Assembly (NCBI GenBank): GCA_038882975.1
Contig: JAVZNE010000005.1
Coordinates: 1 to 64,000 of the forward strand
DNA from: Candidatus Bathyarchaeia archaeon
GTDB taxonomy: Archaea; Thermoproteota; Bathyarchaeia; Bathyarchaeales; Bathycorpusculaceae
Reading direction: 5' to 3'
DNA length: 64,000 nucleotides
Below are positions 57,591 through 64,000 of this stretch, piece after piece; the stretch's first letter is position 1; each line of letters opens with the position of its first letter. The translations under genes were made by a program, and so were the position numbers. Under the pieces are notes generated by a model. It did no database searches. It saw only the letters and a program-made list of their open reading frames with translations, and was not told the DNA's origin.

Positions 57591-58739
57591 ATGGGAGAAA
57601 AAGGAGAATTATTTGGGGCTTTGTTTTGGCTTATCATCGGAGCCGTAGTGCTTTTTGTTTTGGGTTATGTCGCTAAATCTTTTTTCTTCTCAACGTTAGC
57701 GATGGTTTTTGTGGGTTTGGTAATCGTTATAGGCGGATTCATTTTCCTGGCTATTTTGTTTCTTGTAGGTATAGGCTCTTCAATCGCTACAGTTGGAAAG
57801 CGTGATGTAAAAGGTGGCTTAATTTTATTATTGCTTATTGGTATATGTATCTTTGGCTATTATTCAATGGCATACCTTGACCGTATAGCTAACTCCCCAG
57901 AAGTTCCCGAGGCGGAGGTAGGCTCTACAATTTACACAGGTTTAGAGGGGTATCCCGTTGCAAAAACGATTTTATCGACAATTTTTGGTAGTAGCCTTGC
58001 AGAATATCTTAACGATTTAATTCCATCAGGATATCATTGGACAGTCTTCAGAGTCAGACTTCCCAATTATGTAAACTATTTGTGCATTGCGGAAGGAGAC
58101 TTTGAAGGCACAAACTTTTATCGAATACAGATAGAAGACATCTACGAATTCAGTGTTTTCACGATACTAAAACTAAATAAGATTGAAGAAATCAATGTTT
58201 TTGAAGCAGCAGCCTACATTTTTGGCCATGCACTTCCCTTCGGAACATTAATCTTCAAAATTCAAAGCTACGCCTTTTTAATAGCAATTCCTGCCCTCCT
58301 TATAGGCGCAATAAAGTGTTTAGCCACAAAACCAGAGGAAGGTTTAGAGGAGAAGCTCAAAAAGCCTCCGCAAAAACAGATTAAACCAATTAAGAAAGAA
58401 AAAGTCGAAGTTCCTTCAAAACCTCTGGCTCCTACAAAACCTGAAGTTTCGGAATTAAAGAAGGAGCTGGAAGAATTAAGGGTAAGATTTGACATAGGAG
58501 AAATCTCAGCTGAAGAATTTAAAGAAAAGAAAAATCTGCTTAAAAAGATTTTACAAGAACACCAAAAGCGGTTACACACAGAATTTCAAACGATGAAAAA
58601 ACAAAAAGAGGAACTTGAAGCAAGAAAACTGATAGGCGAATTAAGTAACGAAGTTTACGAAGAAAAAATGAAAAGCATACAAAGCAGACTTGAAAATATT
58701 AAAAAAGAATTGGCTGCACTGGAAAAGTTAGAAACATAA
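57591..58739 (+). CDS. Multi-pass membrane protein with SHOCT/CdvA-like coiled-coil tail
   Basis: Several TM segments; GEISAEEF and GELSNEVY repeats in a coiled coil. Confidence 0.82.
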   Translation: MGEKGELFGALFWLIIGAVVLFVLGYVAKSFFFSTLAMVFVGLVIVIGGFIFLAILFLVGIGSSIATVGKRDVKGGLILLLLIGICIFGYYSMAYLDRIANSPEVPEAEVGSTIYTGLEGYPVAKTILSTIFGSSLAEYLNDLIPSGYHWTVFRVRLPNYVNYLCIAEGDFEGTNFYRIQIEDIYEFSVFTILKLNKIEEINVFEAAAYIFGHALPFGTLIFKIQSYAFLIAIPALLIGAIKCLATKPEEGLEEKLKKPPQKQIKPIKKEKVEVPSKPLAPTKPEVSELKKELEELRVRFDIGEISAEEFKEKKNLLKKILQEHQKRLHTEFQTMKKQKEELEARKLIGELSNEVYEEKMKSIQSRLENIKKELAALEKLET

Positions 58740-58818
58740 ATACACTCTCAAAACTTTATAACAAAGATCTCGAAAAACAAACCAAAATTTTAAAAGCATC
58801 ACATTCGAAGAATTTATC

Positions 58819-59763
58819 ATGCATCGAAAAACAATTTTCATAATATCATTCTTTTGTTTTCTATTAGCACGCAATACTTTAGCATTAAGTCATCAAATTG
58901 GAGTTAAAAGTGGTGACTGGGTTAAATATCAAGCTGGTGGGTCTATAGCAGAACATGAAAACATAGTTTGGGTAAGAATTGAAGTTAAAAGTGTTGATGT
59001 TCAAGAAAAAACTGTGACTTTTGATTTAACGTCTCACATTTCTAACGGTAGTGAGTTCTCAGAAACATTTTGTTTTAATTTGGTGACAGGACGCTATATA
59101 CCCGAAGAAAACTATACTATAATTCCTCCTTTTATTCTTACAAATCTTGAAGTAGGAGATGTTCCTTATGAATCGGTTCCGGAAAAATATACAATTCAAG
59201 GCGATATTATGAAGACATATTGTGGCGTAAAAAGGCAGGTGCTCTATTTTCATATTGATGAATGGTCTGATAGCACAGATCCGGAACACAATATACTTAC
59301 TGCCTACTGGGATAAGACAACGGGTTTTCTCTTGGAATATGAAATTACCATGGATAGCGTAAGCCTTAAAATGACTGCTATAGAAACAAATTTGTGGAGC
59401 AGAGATCTATTCGCCAACCATGATTGGCTGTTATGGGCAATTGTAATAATTACTATTGCATGTGTCGCTACAATAACCATTTATGTTCTGCGTAAAAGAA
59501 AGAAAAGAACACAAGACCATTACATTAGCGGAAGTAAAACTGTTTATTGTAGCCGTTGTGGAGCACCAATGCATATAGAAGACAATTTTTGCCCAAAATG
59601 TGGACAGAAAGCAGAGAGAAAACATCTTCCCCAAGCAGAAGAAGAAAAATACAAGTTATACCTTCAAAAACTTGAAGAAAAACATAACGCAGGCGAAATC
59701 TCCGAAGAAATTTACCAAAAATTAAAAAACGAATACTTAGAAAAATTAAGAAAAACCAATTAA
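58819..59763 (+). CDS. Secreted membrane-anchored protein with zinc ribbon and SHOCT-like tail
   Basis: GVKSGDWVKY, YWDKTTGFLLE, TM, CSRCG..FCPKCG, GEISEEIYQKLK. Confidence 0.85.
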   Translation: MHRKTIFIISFFCFLLARNTLALSHQIGVKSGDWVKYQAGGSIAEHENIVWVRIEVKSVDVQEKTVTFDLTSHISNGSEFSETFCFNLVTGRYIPEENYTIIPPFILTNLEVGDVPYESVPEKYTIQGDIMKTYCGVKRQVLYFHIDEWSDSTDPEHNILTAYWDKTTGFLLEYEITMDSVSLKMTAIETNLWSRDLFANHDWLLWAIVIITIACVATITIYVLRKRKKRTQDHYISGSKTVYCSRCGAPMHIEDNFCPKCGQKAERKHLPQAEEEKYKLYLQKLEEKHNAGEISEEIYQKLKNEYLEKLRKTN

Positions 59764-59835
59764 TTATGTTTCGCCTTTTTCCTTTAGTGTCTCTTAACAG
59801 AAGTAAAAGCTTAAGTCAACGTGCAGTGAGGGGGA

Positions 59836-59853
59836 TTTTCCGTAAATTTTAAG
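59836..59853 (+). promoter_or_regulatory. BRE/TATA promoter motif, copy 2
   Basis: ttttccgtaaattttaag, 49 nt before ATG 59902. Confidence 0.65.
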
Positions 59854-59901
59854 CTAAGTTCAGTAGAATTAATGTAAAAACGCGGATGGAGGAAAGAAAT
59901 T

Positions 59902-62415
59902 ATGAAGAGAACTGCTTTCAGCGTATTATTTGTCGCAATGTTGATGTGCGCATTAACGTTAGTGCTTGACATTAGGCCAGCCAAATCAAAATGGTTTGGA
60001 ACAGTGTATATAAGGGCTGATGGGAGCATAGATCCGCCGGGGGCTCCGATAGAAACTTTAGATAATATGACATATATTTTAACTGACGATATTTTAGGCT
60101 CAATTAAAATTGAAAAAGACGATATTATAGTCAACGGAAGCGACCATTTGATCGAAACAGAAGTGGATGCTCCTTATTATTATGGTATCGTAATAAGTGA
60201 AAGAAAAAATATAACAATACAAAATACTGTTGTAAGATTTGGCACCGGTATTTATATCTATAACTCCTCAAATATAAGTATCATCGAAAATAATCTAACA
60301 AACAATTATTTCGGTATTGCACTGCATAATTCTTCAAATAATAGTATGATTAGAAATATCTTAACAGATCACCTTTATGTTGGTGCTGGTATTTACCTCG
60401 AGTACTCCCAAAACAATAGAATAGAGGAAAACGTTTTCATCAGGAGCGGACTAAGAGTTTGGGAAAGTTATGGAAACATTGTTTCGAATAACACGGTTAA
60501 CGGTAAACCTCTCATCTACCTTGAAGATGTATCAGACAGAATTATCAAGGACGCCGGACAAGTTGTTCTCGTAAAGTGTAACCACATAACAATAGAGAAC
60601 TTAAACATAGCAAATACATCAGCCAGCATCCAGTTGTTTAGAACCAATAACACCAAAATAATCGAATGCAATATAACAAATAACTATTGCGGCGTTGAAC
60701 TTTGCCTTTCCTCGAACATCAGTATAAGCAAAAATAACATTAAAGCAAATGAGGGTGCTGGTATTCAGCTGATTCAATCCAGCAACACAAAAATATCCGA
60801 AAACAACATAAAAGAAAACTTTGACAGCATTTCACTTGAAGGTTCCTCATACAATGAAATAGACAACAATGATATAGATGCCGGAATCAAAGGCATCTTT
60901 TTAACACGCGCATGTTATAACATTGTTGCAAACAACACTATCACCCGAATACTTGAAGTTGGAAGCATCATGCTTTACGGTGCCTTATATAACACTATAC
61001 AAAGCAATACGATAATGGAAGGTCACGGATTATGGCTATGGAGCTCTGCAAACAATACAATAATTCAAAACAGTATAAACACAACTATAACCGCAAATTG
61101 GCGAGGTCACTTTGAGCTGAGCCAATCTTCCGACAACGTTTTCTATCATAACAATTTCTTTATAAACAAAGACGATATCTTTGTTTATAACTCAATGAAT
61201 GTTTGGGATGCTGGCTACCCTTCTGGCGGAAACTATTGGAGCGACTACGTAGGTATTGATGAAAAGAGCGGGCCTGGTCAAGACCAGCCTGGAAGTGACG
61301 GTATAGGGGATACACCTTATGTGATTAACGAGAATAACATAGATCGTTATCCACTTATGGAACCAATTTCTCCGCCAACACACAAGTTTATTATCGGTGA
61401 TGTGGTTTGGGCTACGGCTGATCTTCATGTTAGGGAAGGCCCTGGGCTTAGCTATGCTATTTTGGACACTATGAGGAAGGGCAATAGAGGGGTGATTATC
61501 GCTGGTCCTGTGGAGGCTGATGGATACACTTGGTGGAGGGTGAATTATAGTGTCGGCGTTGTTGGGTGGTCTGCTGAAGATTGGCTTGAACCTATGCCTA
61601 GTCCACCTCAGCCACCCAGGGACTTTGTTTATTGGGCTGAGGCAGCTGTCAATTGGGCTGAGCAGCGGCTAGGTAGAGGCGACTGGAGTGGTCTTTGCAT
61701 GCAATTTGTGGCTAACGCGTATATGCAAGAGGAACATAAGGAGGCTAAATATAACGCTATTGATGGAGCAAGAGAATTCTATCGCTTTAACCAGGAGCCA
61801 AACGGCTGGCTTCAAGCTCCAAAAGGGGCGCTGATATTCTTTGACATGGAAGGAACGAATGAGTATGGCCATGTGGGAATATACCTTGGCAATGGAAGCA
61901 TAATCCACGCCTACGGCACAGTCAAAGTCAATACAGTTGAAGAAGCCGTAGCAAAGCCAGACGTAGGGCGATATCTCGGCTGGTCTTATCCGGCTGAACA
62001 GTGGAGACCAACAAAGTTCACCTTCAACGCTACTTATGACGGCGTAAACTATCCTGTAGCTATTTTCACAAATTCAACAATTATGAACTTCGCATTCCAC
62101 CAACCGTCAAAGCAAATAAGCTTCACAGTTTATGGCGAACCAGGCGAGACGGGATACTGTAACATAACAATACCTAAAGCGCTTCTCAAAGGCGAACCAT
62201 GGGCCATCACACTAAACGGAACAAACTGGAGCTACATAGCCACGGAAAATGAAACCCACAGCTTCATATACATCACTTACACCTTTAGCAGCGCCTACGA
62301 AGTAACAATAGAAGGAACATGGGTAATACCAGAGTTCCCATTAAATCCGGTCATGTTACTAGTGTTGACCACATTGACCGCAGTTATTCTTTCAAGGAGA
62401 AGAGCTAGACATTAA
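59902..62415 (+). CDS. Surface protein: NosD beta-helix + SH3b + NlpC/P60-like peptidase + PEF-type C-terminal anchor
   Basis: LHVREGPG..Y.....ADGYTWW.V..GW (SH3b); GLCMQFV, GALIFF, GHVGIYLGNG.IIHA (Cys-His-His); IPEFP-TM-RRRARH. Confidence 0.85.
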   Translation: MKRTAFSVLFVAMLMCALTLVLDIRPAKSKWFGTVYIRADGSIDPPGAPIETLDNMTYILTDDILGSIKIEKDDIIVNGSDHLIETEVDAPYYYGIVISERKNITIQNTVVRFGTGIYIYNSSNISIIENNLTNNYFGIALHNSSNNSMIRNILTDHLYVGAGIYLEYSQNNRIEENVFIRSGLRVWESYGNIVSNNTVNGKPLIYLEDVSDRIIKDAGQVVLVKCNHITIENLNIANTSASIQLFRTNNTKIIECNITNNYCGVELCLSSNISISKNNIKANEGAGIQLIQSSNTKISENNIKENFDSISLEGSSYNEIDNNDIDAGIKGIFLTRACYNIVANNTITRILEVGSIMLYGALYNTIQSNTIMEGHGLWLWSSANNTIIQNSINTTITANWRGHFELSQSSDNVFYHNNFFINKDDIFVYNSMNVWDAGYPSGGNYWSDYVGIDEKSGPGQDQPGSDGIGDTPYVINENNIDRYPLMEPISPPTHKFIIGDVVWATADLHVREGPGLSYAILDTMRKGNRGVIIAGPVEADGYTWWRVNYSVGVVGWSAEDWLEPMPSPPQPPRDFVYWAEAAVNWAEQRLGRGDWSGLCMQFVANAYMQEEHKEAKYNAIDGAREFYRFNQEPNGWLQAPKGALIFFDMEGTNEYGHVGIYLGNGSIIHAYGTVKVNTVEEAVAKPDVGRYLGWSYPAEQWRPTKFTFNATYDGVNYPVAIFTNSTIMNFAFHQPSKQISFTVYGEPGETGYCNITIPKALLKGEPWAITLNGTNWSYIATENETHSFIYITYTFSSAYEVTIEGTWVIPEFPLNPVMLLVLTTLTAVILSRRRARH

Positions 62416-62566
62416 CTCCTATTTTTATTTTTAGCTGAATCTTCTAACATTAGATTTACGCTTTTGCCTTTACATAAAAGCTTGATTTTATCGATAGAAA
62501 CGAGAAACATTTAATAAGGTGCGGTTAAATATGGACTGAAAATGCTCAAACAACCCAATAGAGGAT

Positions 62567-62584
62567 TTTTCCGTAAATTTTAAG
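62567..62584 (+). promoter_or_regulatory. BRE/TATA promoter motif, copy 3
   Basis: ttttccgtaaattttaag, 50 nt before ATG 62634. Confidence 0.65.
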
Positions 62585-62624
62585 TTCGCTTCTCTAGGAC
62601 AATTAATAGAAAGAGAAGAAAAGG

Positions 62625-63107
62625 ATGAAGGCTATGAGTGATAAATTGAAGAAAGTGTTTGAAGGGCATAGACTTGAGATCTTGACTATGTCTATTTGCA
62701 TTCTGTTGTCGGCTTCTGTTATAGTTTATGCCTTGACATATCTTTGGGCAGGATCTGTGGGTGCCACAATCTCAACAGAGGTTGAAAACATCAAAGTTTA
62801 TGATGAACTAGGGAACGAGGTCACGTCAATAAACTTCGGCAATTTAAATCCAAGCTCAATAATCAACGTAAAATTAATCATAAAGAATATCAGTCCAAAT
62901 GCCACAATCACAATAACTTGGAGCTCCACTTTATCAAGTGTAACTAACAAGATTACAGACGCATGGGTAATTGGCACCCCTACCGGATCGAATCTCAGGG
63001 CTACTATAGCTCCAGGTCAATCGATAGTAACCTATTATAAGATTAGCGTCGCTCCAGATTGCCCATTACAATCCTATTCTTGGACGCTTTACATAGTGCC
63101 AGGATAA
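62625..63107 (+). CDS. Secreted Ig/TasA-like small protein
   Basis: N-terminal TM, INFGNLNP, I.N, beta-rich; start ATG 62625 or 62634. Confidence 0.75.
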   Translation: MKAMSDKLKKVFEGHRLEILTMSICILLSASVIVYALTYLWAGSVGATISTEVENIKVYDELGNEVTSINFGNLNPSSIINVKLIIKNISPNATITITWSSTLSSVTNKITDAWVIGTPTGSNLRATIAPGQSIVTYYKISVAPDCPLQSYSWTLYIVPG

Positions 63108-63137
63108 ATTAACAATTAAATAGACGCTGGTCTTCAG

Positions 63138-64000
63138 ATGAGTCAACACGTTAAGACTGTGGTGGTATGCGTAGTTCTTATTATGCTTTCCATTAGCGTT
63201 GCAGCTCATAGCGTTTTCATAAGCCTCTGGAGAACGCAGGTGGCTGTTACTGTAGGGCCTTCTACTCAACGGTTTATCGTCGTTCTCTCCGAAGGCTGGC
63301 AAAATAAAGAATTATTTGTCCCCATTTGGCATCGCCTTGGCGAAGATCCTAGTAAAATCGCTCTTGGAATTAGCAATAAACGTGACATGTGGTATCACGT
63401 TAGAGTTTATAAAAAGATGGCGGACGAAAGTTGGCTCGAAATAGTTCCAGATGAATTTTTGAAGGGAAGTCCTTACATAGGACCGTGGAGTGAAAAGACC
63501 TTCGTTTATTCCTCAAAACCTGGAGATGAAATTAAGGTTGAAGTTAGAAACGATAGAATAGCCGATCCTTCCCTAATGGCATTATGGTTTATAGATTGGA
63601 TAACTCGTGCTACTATTGGCATCAGAATTCCACCTAAGCTCCCAGACTATACAAATTGGGATACGTTAAAGAGCGAGCTTTCTGATTTTTACAACAGTGT
63701 CATTAAACCATTTGAGTCGGATTTAGAGAAGTGGGGATGGAAAAAACTAATCTTAAAAACATGTGAACTAGCACTCAAGTCAAAAGGACTTTTATCTTCC
63801 ATTCTTTTGGATCTTGGCATTGAAGAAAGTTTAAGGGTTTCAATCATCTTAAGAATAACCAGGATAGTTGAAACCGGCTTTTTCTTAATTAACCTTATCG
63901 GAAACATTCCTGTGTGGTGGGATCTCTTCTGGAATCTGTTCAAAAGCCCGTTTTGTGAAAATGTAATTTTCACCCTAAACGTGAAAAACTCTGCATCTAC
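63138..64000 (+). CDS. Secreted hypothetical protein (3' truncated by window edge), absent from the ORF track
   Basis: MSQHVKTVVVCVVLIMLSISVAAH..., open reading frame to the window end. Confidence 0.8.
   Translation, partial: MSQHVKTVVVCVVLIMLSISVAAHSVFISLWRTQVAVTVGPSTQRFIVVLSEGWQNKELFVPIWHRLGEDPSKIALGISNKRDMWYHVRVYKKMADESWLEIVPDEFLKGSPYIGPWSEKTFVYSSKPGDEIKVEVRNDRIADPSLMALWFIDWITRATIGIRIPPKLPDYTNWDTLKSELSDFYNSVIKPFESDLEKWGWKKLILKTCELALKSKGLLSSILLDLGIEESLRVSIILRITRIVETGFFLINLIGNIPVWWDLFWNLFKSPFCENVIFTLNVKNSAS

Larger units (their letters stand above)
49772..64000. mobile_element. Integrated element 2 (core ~49772-54700; AT-rich cargo probably continues past the window end)
   Basis: Tyrosine integrase, ParB-like gene, small orphan ORFs, AbrB/HTH switch, then visibly AT-richer surface-protein genes; att sites not found. 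Confidence 0.7.

Noticed and set aside
63066-63973. Minus-strand ORFs 63066-63302 and 63689-63973
   Set aside because: Antisense to a longer plus-strand ORF from 63138 that runs off the window
1-64000. CRISPR array, rRNA, reverse transcriptase/DGR, transposase
   Set aside because: No regularly spaced repeats with spacers, no rRNA-like stretch and no RT or DDE motifs seen in any ORF

Overview
Archaeal chromosomal segment. Gene content, TACK-type translation genes, two EF-2 paralogs and the integrase type suggest Bathyarchaeia; this is inference. From left to right: (1) the right end of an integrated plasmid/virus-like element (1-~5591) with a primase-polymerase/D5 helicase gene, inverted iterons inside that gene, and a likely att remnant matching a tRNA-Ala 3' end; (2) core genes, including a pentameric ligand-gated ion channel, an aconitase X plus ornithine cyclodeaminase-family operon, cysS, mgtA, a lipoate ligase and rps12-rps7-DRG-tuf; (3) a ~14 kb peptide-catabolic island (21.6-35.9 kb) with three M29/NicX-like metallohydrolases, an AlbA/AlbB cyclodipeptide-oxidase-like pair with no cyclodipeptide synthase nearby, the glycyl radical enzyme HypD and its activase, an Opp/Dpp ABC transporter and a hydantoin-type racemase. 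This island is the best candidate for an undescribed system: uptake and breakdown of cyclic dipeptides (diketopiperazines) or hydroxyproline peptides; (4) purE/purC/purP, a kinase, two head-to-head EF-2 genes, ogg1 and tRNA-Ile2(CAT); (5) a second integrated element from ~49.77 kb (tyrosine integrase, ParB-like, AbrB/HTH switch) followed by AT-rich surface-protein cargo, including a beta-helix-SH3b-NlpC/P60 putative peptidoglycan hydrolase. All family calls come from motif recognition by eye; no database searches were run.
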